A stretch of DNA of 61,779 nt, taken from the IMG/VR virus record IMGVR_UViG_3300023246_000570, positions 1 through 61,779 of that record; one strand, given 5' to 3'. Origin of the DNA: a virus. Taxonomy: Duplodnaviria > Caudoviricetes. Shown here in pieces: positions 47,986 to 57,547 of the stretch; the stretch's first letter is position 1; every line of letters begins with the position of its first letter. Both the position numbers and the translations under genes were made by a program. The notes below the pieces were generated by a model that was given only the letters and a program-made list of their open reading frames with translations, did no database searches and had not been told where the DNA came from.

Positions 47986-49260
47986 GTGAACTACCCACAC
48001 ACGGCAGAGCCGATGTGATGGGCTTCGGGTTTCACAGGATATGCACTATTGCTAATGTCTAATTTCTCCTCCACCTTTGTAATCGACAGTTCCTGCCGAT
48101 GTATTTTTAATCCTTCTTTTAGAATATTGATACTTGCGTTTTCATCTCTATCTAATTCAGTTGAGCATTTAGGACAAGTCCAATTTCTAATTGAAAGGTT
48201 TAAATCTTGATTTATATATCCACAAACATTACAAGTTTTTGAACTCGGATACCAACGATTAATCTTAACTACGGTTTTATCGTTCCAATTTGCTTTATAT
48301 TCAACAAATCTAACAAACGTACCCCAACTTGCATCTGCAATATGTTTAGATAGTTTATGATTTTTAATCATTCCTTTTACGTTCAAATCTTCTAAGCAAA
48401 TTATATCATAATTAGATACAATTTCTTTACTTACTTTATGTAATATATCTTGTCTTGTATTGGATATTTTCTCGTGTATTTTAGCAACTTTGAGTTTTTG
48501 TTTTTCAAACTCATTACTACCTTTTTGTTTACGAGAAAGATGTTGTTGTGCTTTCTTTAATTGTCTTTCATAATTTTTTGTGTATCTATTATTTTTGTAT
48601 TTAATATTATCAGACGTAATGGCAAAATCTTTTAACCCTAAATCTATACCAACCGATTTACCAGTTTTTTTGCTTGGTATATATTCTTGTTCTGTTAATA
48701 TAGAAACAAAATATTTACCTGTCGGTGTTTTAGATATTGTGAATTTACCTACCTTACCTTTAATTTCTCTATGAATATTTACTTTAATACCACCCTTGAA
48801 CTTTGGTGCGTATATTCTACCGTCAAGTACTTTTGTAAATTGTGGTATTGTAAATACATTCTTTTTACGTTTAGACTTAAATTGTGGAAATTGTGCATTG
48901 CCACGAAAAAAATTCACATAAGCAGTATCTAAACTCCTTAAAGCAAATTGTAATGTTTGTGAATTAACTTCTTTCAACCAAATAGTATCCTCTTTTTTCT
49001 TTAATTCAGTTAAAGTTTTGGCTTGTCCGTAATAATTGTCAGTTTTTTTATCTGCTTGGTATTGTTCTTTTCTCTCATTTAAAAAGTGATTGTAAATATA
49101 TCGAACACAACCAAAGTGCTTATCTAACAAGGTTTTCTGTTCCTTATTAGGTAATAATTCAAATTTGTATGTCCTGTGTATTAACTTCATCTATTATTAA
49201 ATAGTCTAATATTTTGTAAAAGTACAATTATTTATACAGAAAAGCAAGTATTTTATAAAT
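47986..49260 (-). mobile_element. tnpA-less IS200/IS605-family element (IS1341-like); left end approximate
   Basis: tnpB plus a right-end hairpin ending ...GGGTAGTTCAC at 47986; no tnpA in the window. Confidence 0.75.
47991..49190 (-). CDS. tnpB: RNA-guided endonuclease TnpB
   Basis: HTH_OrfB N-terminus (FGCVRYIYN), RuvC-I GIDLG, RuvC-II LEDL, Zn ribbon CNVCG/CPKC, RuvC-III DRDENA; the D-E-D triad is intact. Confidence 0.95.
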   Translation of the reverse strand: MKLIHRTYKFELLPNKEQKTLLDKHFGCVRYIYNHFLNERKEQYQADKKTDNYYGQAKTLTELKKKEDTIWLKEVNSQTLQFALRSLDTAYVNFFRGNAQFPQFKSKRKKNVFTIPQFTKVLDGRIYAPKFKGGIKVNIHREIKGKVGKFTISKTPTGKYFVSILTEQEYIPSKKTGKSVGIDLGLKDFAITSDNIKYKNNRYTKNYERQLKKAQQHLSRKQKGSNEFEKQKLKVAKIHEKISNTRQDILHKVSKEIVSNYDIICLEDLNVKGMIKNHKLSKHIADASWGTFVRFVEYKANWNDKTVVKINRWYPSSKTCNVCGYINQDLNLSIRNWTCPKCSTELDRDENASINILKEGLKIHRQELSITKVEEKLDISNSAYPVKPEAHHIGSAVCG

Positions 49261-49326
49261 AATTTAATTTTCACGGGATATTTTATACTTTTTTGCGTTA
49301 TAGTAATATAACCAAAAATATATATA

Positions 49327-49485
49327 ATGAAAAAATTAATTAAGAAATGGAAAATGGAACTCGAATTAGCTGAGTTAATACTCGCCCTTGTGGTTAAATA
49401 TAACTGCGGAAATGTAATATTTCATAAATGCAAAGTTGCTATATTAAAAGAAATATTAGAAGAATTAGAGGAGGCACATACCTAA
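49327..49485 (+). CDS. Small hypothetical protein (52 aa), not in the ORF track
   Basis: Short ORF ending in the motif copy at 49482. Confidence 0.4.
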   Translation: MKKLIKKWKMELELAELILALVVKYNCGNVIFHKCKVAILKEILEELEEAHT

Positions 49486-49509
49486 TTAACACTATCTCGG
49501 AAAAGAAAA

Positions 49510-50256
49510 CTACCAATTCCCTTTACTCAAATATTCTCCCATATCTTCTCGAAACTTGCTGTCTAAAGATTTGCTTCTTTGCATAGCTTTGTCCCATTCT
49601 CCATCGTAAGCCTTATATAACATATTGTATGTGTCTGAGTGAATAGCTCTAAATACTCTTGGCTTTCTTGACTTCATATTGCGATAAAACTTTTCAGCAA
49701 CAAATGTTTTTACGACTTGTCTAAACTGTCTTGGAACAAATGGAGCTGCTCCAACATCTGTAAATATACCATTGAAATAAACTCTTACCATAGTATGCCC
49801 TATACAGCCTTCTCCAAAATGAATATATCCGTTCTGTAAAGAAGCATAATAAATACTATCACTATAATTATATCCAGATATAAATGGGTCTGAAATTCCA
49901 GCACGATTCATCATCGTAGATTTACCTTCGCCTCTTGTAAAATAAGTCTGCTTAATATACACATTAGTCTGACTTGCTACATCACAATCTTCTCCAGTAT
50001 ATATAAAAATCTTTTTAACATTAAATGCTCCTTTTGGAATTTTTAATCTTAAATCAGTTGGGAAAGTAAAATCTAAATATATCTCATTGAAAAAAGTATC
50101 AAAACTTAATTCTTCTAATGCTTGTTGAATTTGTGAAATATACCAACCATGATTAAAAGTTTTAGTATCTTCATCATCTACTTCCAACAGTACATCTGCA
50201 AGTATTTGGTCTGGCGAAATTAAATCATCTACACTAAACTGCATATTCCTCCTCAT
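49510..50256 (-). CDS. Tail ring/tubular protein
   Basis: About 250 aa, third of three similar-sized genes downstream of the capsid; the true start may be MQFSV at 50244. Confidence 0.6.
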   Translation of the reverse strand: MRRNMQFSVDDLISPDQILADVLLEVDDEDTKTFNHGWYISQIQQALEELSFDTFFNEIYLDFTFPTDLRLKIPKGAFNVKKIFIYTGEDCDVASQTNVYIKQTYFTRGEGKSTMMNRAGISDPFISGYNYSDSIYYASLQNGYIHFGEGCIGHTMVRVYFNGIFTDVGAAPFVPRQFRQVVKTFVAEKFYRNMKSRKPRVFRAIHSDTYNMLYKAYDGEWDKAMQRSKSLDSKFREDMGEYLSKGNW

Positions 50257-51004
50257 CTATTGGTTGTTGGTTTACGCTAACTACTCTTCCTTTTGGTGCT
50301 TCCTCTGTTTTTGTTTCACTCGCATCATTGAGTCTATCTTGTGGAACTAACAGCATAAATCTACCTAAGTCTAATACATTCTTAACTACATAATCAAATC
50401 CTTCTTCTCCCATGTCTAAGGCACTATCAAGCGAACCTGTAGCAAATGGATTAAAAGTTGTTATTAGTCCAACTTCCAAAGTATTTACATTTACTTGTTC
50501 TATCCCAAGTAATGGAATATAGTTTCCTGTTCTGAAAAAATAAGGATTGCTTGGTTTTGGCTCTTCGTAATCACTCATATATATACGCTTTGCTTTTGTT
50601 GGAGTTGTGCGAGTAAATCTAACTCCTGCAAAAGATGGTTGACAAGCTACGTCAAAATCAGCATAGCTTATGTAATCTATTCCTTCGTCTCTGAGATAGT
50701 CATAAATAGTTTCAGGTAATACAATATATTTTCTTCCCTTCACAATATTTGGACTAACGCTAACTGTTGGAACTACTACAGGAACATCAGAATAAATAGC
50801 TAAATAATTACCACTATCTGCTGATTTTCTCTGTCCGCTTACTCCTTGATTTATATATTCTCTTTGACTTCCTTTTTCATACCTGTACTTGTTGATAAAA
50901 AATCCACACCATTGTACCATAAGTAAAAATGGTATCTGTTTGTCATCACCCAATTGTTTTAATTGAATCTGAACTGCTCCTGCTATTTGTCTTAAAGTTG
51001 TCAT
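50234..51004 (-). CDS. Tail ring/tubular protein
   Basis: MTTLRQI... N-terminus and PQDRLND C-terminal motif typical of crAss-like ring proteins. Confidence 0.65.
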   Translation of the reverse strand: MTTLRQIAGAVQIQLKQLGDDKQIPFLLMVQWCGFFINKYRYEKGSQREYINQGVSGQRKSADSGNYLAIYSDVPVVVPTVSVSPNIVKGRKYIVLPETIYDYLRDEGIDYISYADFDVACQPSFAGVRFTRTTPTKAKRIYMSDYEEPKPSNPYFFRTGNYIPLLGIEQVNVNTLEVGLITTFNPFATGSLDSALDMGEEGFDYVVKNVLDLGRFMLLVPQDRLNDASETKTEEAPKGRVVSVNQQPIDEEEYAV

Positions 51005-51760
51005 TTAACTCATTAAATTTACTAAAACTCCTATTTCAGAAGATGTCAATTTATATAATGTAGCATTTTCATCACCCTGCTTTAGTGCGATAAATTGCAA
51101 TGCTTTATTTACTATTAAATCTGTCAATGTTTGTGGAAATTCCATATCGTCTGTTATTAATGTTATTGTTGTAGGGTATTTTAAATACGACATAGCCACA
51201 GGTAAATTATTAATTGCAGGAGCTATTCTTAATTCTACAGGGTCTGTTAACACTCCTGCTGTATCGTAGTCCATAAAATTAACATAAGCGTACTCTTTGT
51301 AGTCAGCCCATCCTAATATCTCTGAGCCTGCCATAAATGGACTTCTTTTCATTTCAGTGTACTCTTCAATTGTAATTCTCTTAGCTTGTTCTGTGCTATC
51401 TAAAAATACAACAACAGTACAATATACTGGCTTGGTTAATGATGGTTGTGCTTCTAAAACTCCGGAATAAGTTATCTCTGGAAATACAGCCAGTACAGTC
51501 CACAAATAGTCCCCTACTGCTGCTGCGTCAAACGCAAACGTAGACCTATTTGAAGTTATCCATACTCTTGTTCGAGTTAACTCTCTTAAAGATTCTTCAC
51601 TCAGCTTGTTTTCTGCGAATGCAGTATTAAATAAACTAACCAACCAATCTTGTGCAGCATTTATTGCAGGCAGATGGTCTCTTTCAAATATGTACCTATC
51701 GCTTCCCTCAGAGTCTAACTCGAAGTTCATTCTATCTACAATTGCTTGTACTGAAATCAT
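51005..51760 (-). CDS. Tail ring/adaptor protein
   Basis: AINAAQ ... SYLKYP ... LIVNKAL pattern of P22 gp4-like/crAss ring proteins. Confidence 0.65.
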   Translation of the reverse strand: MISVQAIVDRMNFELDSEGSDRYIFERDHLPAINAAQDWLVSLFNTAFAENKLSEESLRELTRTRVWITSNRSTFAFDAAAVGDYLWTVLAVFPEITYSGVLEAQPSLTKPVYCTVVVFLDSTEQAKRITIEEYTEMKRSPFMAGSEILGWADYKEYAYVNFMDYDTAGVLTDPVELRIAPAINNLPVAMSYLKYPTTITLITDDMEFPQTLTDLIVNKALQFIALKQGDENATLYKLTSSEIGVLVNLMS

Positions 51761-51792
51761 AATGCAAATATAACATAATTTTGTTAAAAAAC

Positions 51793-51825
51793 AAAAAAGT
51801 CTGTTAAAAATTTAACAGACTTTTT
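51793..51825. terminator. Intrinsic terminator
   Basis: AAAAAGTCTGTTAAA-aa-TTTAACAGACTTTTT. Confidence 0.75.
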
Positions 51826-51845
51826 GAAATATGGTAATGTTAAGC

Positions 51846-52799
51846 TTATTTGAACATTTCTTTTTCTATTGCACTAACGGCTCTTTGAGCTGCTTGGTCA
51901 GTACTTTCCTGAACAACTTTACCTGCTAATTTATTTGCAAGTTGAGAACGCATTACGTTCACATCGTTTCCTATTGGGATGCCTTCATCTCTACATCTTT
52001 TTATAATCGTTGGTTGACTCTGCGTAGTCAATGTACCCATAATTTTTGACGCTGCTTGTACTCTGACTGCATCAGCATTTATAGCTTCATTAACTGTAAG
52101 CCAAAATTCAATATTAAATAATGAATGAGATTTGAGCCATGTAATTTCTTTTTTACTATGAGTCGTAAAAGAACAAAAATGATTTAATGTTTCTTCTTTT
52201 TGATTTCCTCTTTTTCTATCAGTTGCCTGATACTCGAAATAAAATGGTATATTATATGGAGAAGCTACATAAACTCCCATACGTTTATCACCATTTAATA
52301 AAAATCCTGTGCCGTAAGATGAAAAAGTTATACCTACATCCAAGAAGTCCTTTTTATCTATATCTCTTTCATTTCTTAAAAAAGCAACTCCATCACTTTC
52401 TTTTTGTGCTTTTACAATAGCCTCTGCAAATTCTGTGCTGTCAAACCTATTTGAAGATGGTTCTTTGCCTTCCATTTGCTCAACCTTTAGAGATAGCTCT
52501 TCTATCTTCTGTAAGGCGGCAGCCATTACATCTGCTTCTGTAACTTTGGGTTTTGGTTTTGGTTTCGGTTTTGGTTTCGAGATAGTCTTCAAGTGCTTCT
52601 CCATAGCAATCTTTAAATCGCCTTCTGAAACACCAATAGCATCTTGAACTGCTTGTTTATCGTTAACGTTTTGTTCTGTGATTACACCCCTTAAACTTGG
52701 GACACTCTTTCCTCGACTAAAAACTTCACCTGTCTGGTCAACAAACAAATTTCTAACTTGCCACATCTTGGGCGGATTAATTGGTTTTCTTTCTTCCAT
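51846..52799 (-). CDS. Hypothetical protein downstream of capsid (start revised to MEERK)
   Basis: ATG after an A-rich leader, downstream of the capsid terminator; KPKPKPKP linker. Confidence 0.65.
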   Translation of the reverse strand: MEERKPINPPKMWQVRNLFVDQTGEVFSRGKSVPSLRGVITEQNVNDKQAVQDAIGVSEGDLKIAMEKHLKTISKPKPKPKPKPKVTEADVMAAALQKIEELSLKVEQMEGKEPSSNRFDSTEFAEAIVKAQKESDGVAFLRNERDIDKKDFLDVGITFSSYGTGFLLNGDKRMGVYVASPYNIPFYFEYQATDRKRGNQKEETLNHFCSFTTHSKKEITWLKSHSLFNIEFWLTVNEAINADAVRVQAASKIMGTLTTQSQPTIIKRCRDEGIPIGNDVNVMRSQLANKLAGKVVQESTDQAAQRAVSAIEKEMFK

Positions 52800-52814
52800 T
52801 TTTATTTTAGTTTT

Positions 52815-52850
52815 TAAAAAAAGGACAGACATTAAGTACGCCTGTCCTTT
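52815..52850 (-). terminator. Intrinsic terminator after the capsid gene
   Basis: AAAGGACAG...CTGTCCTTT hairpin with a T run on the minus strand. Confidence 0.7.
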
Positions 52851-52856
52851 CTTGAT

Positions 52857-54170
52857 TTATATTACATCAATATAGAATCCAGCTAATGGATTGCTATGCC
52901 TCATGCCTAAATTGGCTCTTACCCACCAATCTTCATAATCTTCACGAGTTCCACGTGAGATATTGTCAGTTACTCCCATTTCAATATAAGGAATATTTTG
53001 CATCTTAACAGGATTAATAGAGTTTGGATCAACAACAATTACTTTGTTCTTCCAAGTAGCAGGGAAAGTAGAACTTTCTCTAAACAACTCACAAGGTACA
53101 GGTAAAAATCTCATTGTTCCTAATTTGTATTCTTCCAAATTAAGGTCTCCAACTTTATCTTCTGGACGATAACGAATACCTGGCTGCTTCCAAAGTTTAG
53201 AAACTTCGTATAACATTTCAGATGTTCCAAATATTAATCTAACTCCACCGTCTTTTAAATAATCAGTTGCAAAAGCAAGTGTTTCAAAAGCTCCTGTGAA
53301 ACCAGCAATAGGTACAGATGAATGTTGTGAGCCTGCTGCTACCATAGTTGGGAATAATCCACCCATAGCTTTACCATAATATGATGTTCCTGGAGTTGGA
53401 GCTGCAAATGAAAATTCGCCTCTCTCGCCATTAAACATACTCACGTACAAGTCTGTTCTTAACTGGTCGATTTTTTCTCTTCGGTCTTTAGAAAGATAAT
53501 CAGTTGTTCCTGCATTTAACATTTTCTGCAATTCGATTCTCGACCAACGAGAAGCTCTTAAAAATAACTGAATATAATTGTATCTCTCTACAGTAGTCAT
53601 CCTGTCGTAGTGTTGGAAATAATTCATTCCGTCAGCTACAAAAGGAGCTTGAATAGCAAAGGTGTCTCCGGCAGCAAGTGCACCTAAGTTAGCACCATCT
53701 GTCTGAGAATCTACTCTTACTGTTGTAAGGTTTAGTCCTGGATTATAAGTAATGGTATGAACAATTACTGATTGTCCGTTTGGATGTGTTAATACATCAC
53801 CAACAACAATTGGTAAATCCTGAATGTTTGCAAAAGTTCCACGTAAATTAAACGTCATGTTTTGTGCTCCAGGAGCTCCAACTATCGCATTTGATATTGG
53901 TGCTGTTCTTCCAAAAGTTTTTTCCAAAAAGGAAAATTCATCCAATGGTTTTTCAATCATTGGGTTTGCAAGTAATACTTGCAATGCCTTATACTTCGCT
54001 GGCACGGCGTCAAAAATTTCATACTCGATAGAAGCTTCAATAAGCTTGCTCTCGTCATATGTAAATGCTGTTGCATAATTCGAACCATAAGGATTCAAAT
54101 TAGCGTTCGTGAACGGTGCTGCCGCTGTTCCTGGCAGCACGGGACTCGGGGTTGGTACGAATGTACTCAT
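52857..54170 (-). CDS. Major capsid protein (DUF5309/SU10-like)
   Basis: 437 aa after the scaffold-like gene; RYNYIQLF ... MFNGER ... MGGL pattern; followed by a terminator. Confidence 0.8.
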   Translation of the reverse strand: MSTFVPTPSPVLPGTAAAPFTNANLNPYGSNYATAFTYDESKLIEASIEYEIFDAVPAKYKALQVLLANPMIEKPLDEFSFLEKTFGRTAPISNAIVGAPGAQNMTFNLRGTFANIQDLPIVVGDVLTHPNGQSVIVHTITYNPGLNLTTVRVDSQTDGANLGALAAGDTFAIQAPFVADGMNYFQHYDRMTTVERYNYIQLFLRASRWSRIELQKMLNAGTTDYLSKDRREKIDQLRTDLYVSMFNGERGEFSFAAPTPGTSYYGKAMGGLFPTMVAAGSQHSSVPIAGFTGAFETLAFATDYLKDGGVRLIFGTSEMLYEVSKLWKQPGIRYRPEDKVGDLNLEEYKLGTMRFLPVPCELFRESSTFPATWKNKVIVVDPNSINPVKMQNIPYIEMGVTDNISRGTREDYEDWWVRANLGMRHSNPLAGFYIDVI

Positions 54171-54199
54171 AATTTTTTAAATTTTAAATTAAACATTAA

Positions 54200-55390
54200 T
54201 TAATCGAAAACAGATTTTTCCACGCTGTCAGGAATAACTTTCTTTCTCCAATCTTCCACCACTTCATTCCTTGTACTTTGTGAAGCTTCACTGCTTGGTT
54301 TTTCCGCAAAAGGAGTATCTTTTCCTCTTGAAATAATGTCTTCATTTGCTTTTGATGTTGCCTCATTCTTTACCTTCTGAGTATTTTTAACAATTTCTTG
54401 TTTGCCATACTTTATTAAAGCAAGACTTTCTGCGGCTTCCTTTTTAAGAAAACCTTTTTCGTCATAAAATAAAGATAAGATAGCATTACTTCCTCCTTTC
54501 AATGTTCTACTGATTTCTTTTTTCTGTATTTCATTAAAAGAAAATTCATTATTAAGATACGAGATAGACTCATTTAGAGATTTTTCATAGTCTGCTGTTT
54601 GTATCTTGTTGCTGTCATTAACCTTAGCAATAGCAGAAGTTCGTTGTTTATCAAATTTTGTCTTATCACCTTCGTACTTCGACTTTACTATATCGACATA
54701 ATCTCTGAATTTTTCTGGTTCATCATCTTTCATTGTCCGATAGTCTTCCATGCTGGAGAACTTGTCAGATTTGTAATGATTCAAAACTTTAAATTCTTGT
54801 TGATTTTCAAAAGGTATAGAGAAGTCAAATTGCTGATTAAATAAATCTCGCATGTGTTCTCTATAATCTCCACCTTTATCTTGCACAAGTAATATACTTG
54901 CTATATCTTCCGGTAAATTGGTTAAGTAATTTGTTAGTTGTTCTGCTTGACCAGCAGAGTCTCTTAAAGCATCATTATTTTCCGAGATAGCCTTAAAGTC
55001 TTTTGTAAAAGATTGGAAATCCTTATTTGTAGTTCCTGTCTCCTCGTTTAAATAATTTAGTAAGTCTTCTTGTGTTTCAAATTTCTGTGGTGTGTTGTCC
55101 ATTTTTGAAAAAGGACTCTTTATCTTTTCTTCTACAGGTTTCTCAGCAGGCTTTACTTCTTCTGTTGGCTTTGCTGTTTCTGTAGGTTTAGTTTCTGTTG
55201 GGTTAACTGTTTCAGTAGGTGCTGGTGTTTGTTCGGGTGTTTGTACTGGCGGTGTTTGCTCAGTAGGTTTTTTTAGCTCTCCCATTTTTTTCTGTAGTTC
55301 AGGAACGTTAACTCCTGTTCCTCCAAATAAAGAACTTAATGCTGATTGTTTTGCCTCTTGGCTTTGTTCATCTTTTATAGGTTCTGCCAT
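54200..55390 (-). CDS. Capsid scaffolding protein
   Basis: Acidic, P/T/E-rich disordered N-terminus and helical body, directly upstream of the capsid gene. Confidence 0.7.
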   Translation of the reverse strand: MAEPIKDEQSQEAKQSALSSLFGGTGVNVPELQKKMGELKKPTEQTPPVQTPEQTPAPTETVNPTETKPTETAKPTEEVKPAEKPVEEKIKSPFSKMDNTPQKFETQEDLLNYLNEETGTTNKDFQSFTKDFKAISENNDALRDSAGQAEQLTNYLTNLPEDIASILLVQDKGGDYREHMRDLFNQQFDFSIPFENQQEFKVLNHYKSDKFSSMEDYRTMKDDEPEKFRDYVDIVKSKYEGDKTKFDKQRTSAIAKVNDSNKIQTADYEKSLNESISYLNNEFSFNEIQKKEISRTLKGGSNAILSLFYDEKGFLKKEAAESLALIKYGKQEIVKNTQKVKNEATSKANEDIISRGKDTPFAEKPSSEASQSTRNEVVEDWRKKVIPDSVEKSVFD

Positions 55391-55708
55391 TTTGTTAAAT
55401 TTTGGTTTTTAATTTTAATTCTAATTTTCGGTGCAAAGATAACTAATTTTAGATAATATACAATAAATAATTTGGAATAATTCTAAATAGAGTTATAATT
55501 ATCTGAAATAGTGATAAATAAAATTAGAGTCTAATTTGTACTTGTTCTAAATAAGAAATTGTATACATTTGTAATGTTAAATTAGAATCTAATTAACACT
55601 ATCTCGTATGAAATTAACAAAAAAAGAATTAAAAGAATTTAGAGACAGTATCATATTCATGTATATTGTAGGATTTGCAATACTAATTTATGGCTTAATA
55701 ACCAAAAC

Positions 55709-55894
55709 ATGAACAGCGATATTAACGATGGTACTTGCTGTGCTATATGTGAAAAGTATTTTGAAAATCCTATCCAAGAGGACGAAGATGAAATCGCAGG
55801 GTACTCTCATGGGTATCCTGTTGTTTGTGTAGAATGTTGGACAAAAGATTGTAAATATAAAGTTGCTGTTGTGGATGTTTTTCTTCCGAGATAG
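55709..55894 (+). CDS. Small Cys-rich protein
   Basis: CxxC ... HGYPVVCxxC; TAG inside the motif at 55888. Confidence 0.6.
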   Translation: MNSDINDGTCCAICEKYFENPIQEDEDEIAGYSHGYPVVCVECWTKDCKYKVAVVDVFLPR

Positions 55895-56094
55895 TGATGG
55901 ATAAAATTGGAATTATGAAAAAAGTAATAAAAAGAATTATAGGAATAGTATTGCTATCGTCAGCTTTGGGCGGACTTATTGTTATGACGTGTATTCAGAT
56001 TGGCACTACCGAGGGTCTTATTGCATGGGGGATTTCATTGGTATTAACTATAATAATTGTAGTTGGCGTTTACTTGATTGTATGGAAAAACTAA
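55894..56094 (+). CDS. Small two-TM membrane protein
   Basis: Two hydrophobic helices; stop inside the motif at 56091. Confidence 0.6.
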   Translation: MMDKIGIMKKVIKRIIGIVLLSSALGGLIVMTCIQIGTTEGLIAWGISLVLTIIIVVGVYLIVWKN

Positions 56095-56109
56095 TTAACA
56101 CTATTTCGT

Positions 56110-56301
56110 ATGAAAAAGAAACTAACATCATATCAGAAACTAAAATTAGAAAACGAGAAACTAAAAAAAGATATATATAATATAATCGAAATGCCAAATA
56201 CGCTTGTTGGTGAAACAACAATAAAAAGATATAAGTTTAAGTTTGACACTGCAAAGGCATTTTGGTTTGGCAGTAGAACTATTCAACACTATGTCGTATG
56301 A
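56110..56301 (+). CDS. Hypothetical protein
   Basis: ATG two bases after a motif copy. Confidence 0.55.
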   Translation: MKKKLTSYQKLKLENEKLKKDIYNIIEMPNTLVGETTIKRYKFKFDTAKAFWFGSRTIQHYVV

Positions 56302-56394
56302 TAAAAAAACTGCTAAAACTCTTTAAGTCAAGAAGAAGACGTAGAGAAGAAAAACGAATTGAAAAGAAGTTGAGGAATTATTAAAACTAAAACT

Positions 56395-56832
56395 ATGAAA
56401 AAACTATTAATCGTAATCTTGCTATTTGCCACTATCTCGTGTAAAAAAACTGACACAGAAGAACCAACAGATAGCACAACTCAAAGCCAAGAAGAAGTAA
56501 TAGAGAATGGTACTGTTAAAATAAACGTATCATATACTCAAACGTATTTTCCTGGAAGCTGTATTACTAACAGCGTAGGAATAGGCTATTCTTCCACAGA
56601 CATAGCAAATGATGCTTTCTTTGAAACAAGTAATTATCACATGCCTCATTCTTATATTTTTGAATTAGAAGAAGGAACGTACTATTATAAAGTTACAACA
56701 AAATGTAATTGTGGCAATAATCCTACATGTACTAATGATGGATACTCACAAAGCAATCTTTATACAAGATATAAAAACGGATCGTTTACTATTGTCGGTG
56801 GACAAGAAGCAGTAGTAAATGCTTATTTTTAA
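56395..56832 (+). CDS. Lipoprotein
   Basis: MKKLLIVILLFATIS-C lipobox followed by a KKTDTEE Bacteroidota export-signal-like stretch. Confidence 0.75.
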   Translation: MKKLLIVILLFATISCKKTDTEEPTDSTTQSQEEVIENGTVKINVSYTQTYFPGSCITNSVGIGYSSTDIANDAFFETSNYHMPHSYIFELEEGTYYYKVTTKCNCGNNPTCTNDGYSQSNLYTRYKNGSFTIVGGQEAVVNAYF

Positions 56833-56998
56833 AATTAAATTTGGTGGTTAGGAAAATTTGATTACCTTTGTGCCACGTTACAATAAGCTAAGATGAAAAA
56901 TAAATCAAATTTTTAACAATATAGTAGTAGCCCTGTGGACTTCCTTATCTTAGGTTGTTGTAACGACATGGGGTTACTATTTTTAACATCGTTACGTT

Positions 56999-57547
56999 AT
57001 GGGAAAAAGAAAAAGTTTAACAAAAAAAATAAGATTTGAAGTTTTTAAAAGAGATAATTTTACCTGTCAGTACTGCGGAAAAACTCCTCCATCTGTTACA
57101 TTGGAAATAGACCACATTAGACCTGTATCTAAAAAAGGAACTAACAACATCAACAATCTTGTTACTGCATGCTTTGATTGTAATAGAGGTAAAACTAATA
57201 TTGAATTAGATAAACTACCCAATACGATTAATCAAAATTTTGAAATATTAAAAGAACAACAATTACAATTAGCAGAATATCAAAAATTAATAAACAAAAT
57301 TGAAAAAAAATTAGAAAAAGATATTAATGAAATCGACCAAGTCTATTCAGAATGGCATCCTGATTATAAGCTATCAGATAAATTCAAGCAATCAACTGTT
57401 AAAATGTTCTTGAAAAAAATAGAGAAAAATAAAATAAAAGACGCTATGAATATTGCTTGCTCAAAAATGAATGATAGCGATGCAAGTATTAATTATTTTT
57501 GTGGCATTTGCTGGAAGATAATAAAGGGGGATGTTTATGGAGAGTAA
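56999..57547 (+). CDS. HNH endonuclease
   Basis: RFEVFKRDNFTCQYCG...LEIDHIRPVSKKG.NNINNLVTACFDCNRGK. Confidence 0.9.
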   Translation: MGKRKSLTKKIRFEVFKRDNFTCQYCGKTPPSVTLEIDHIRPVSKKGTNNINNLVTACFDCNRGKTNIELDKLPNTINQNFEILKEQQLQLAEYQKLINKIEKKLEKDINEIDQVYSEWHPDYKLSDKFKQSTVKMFLKKIEKNKIKDAMNIACSKMNDSDASINYFCGICWKIIKGDVYGE

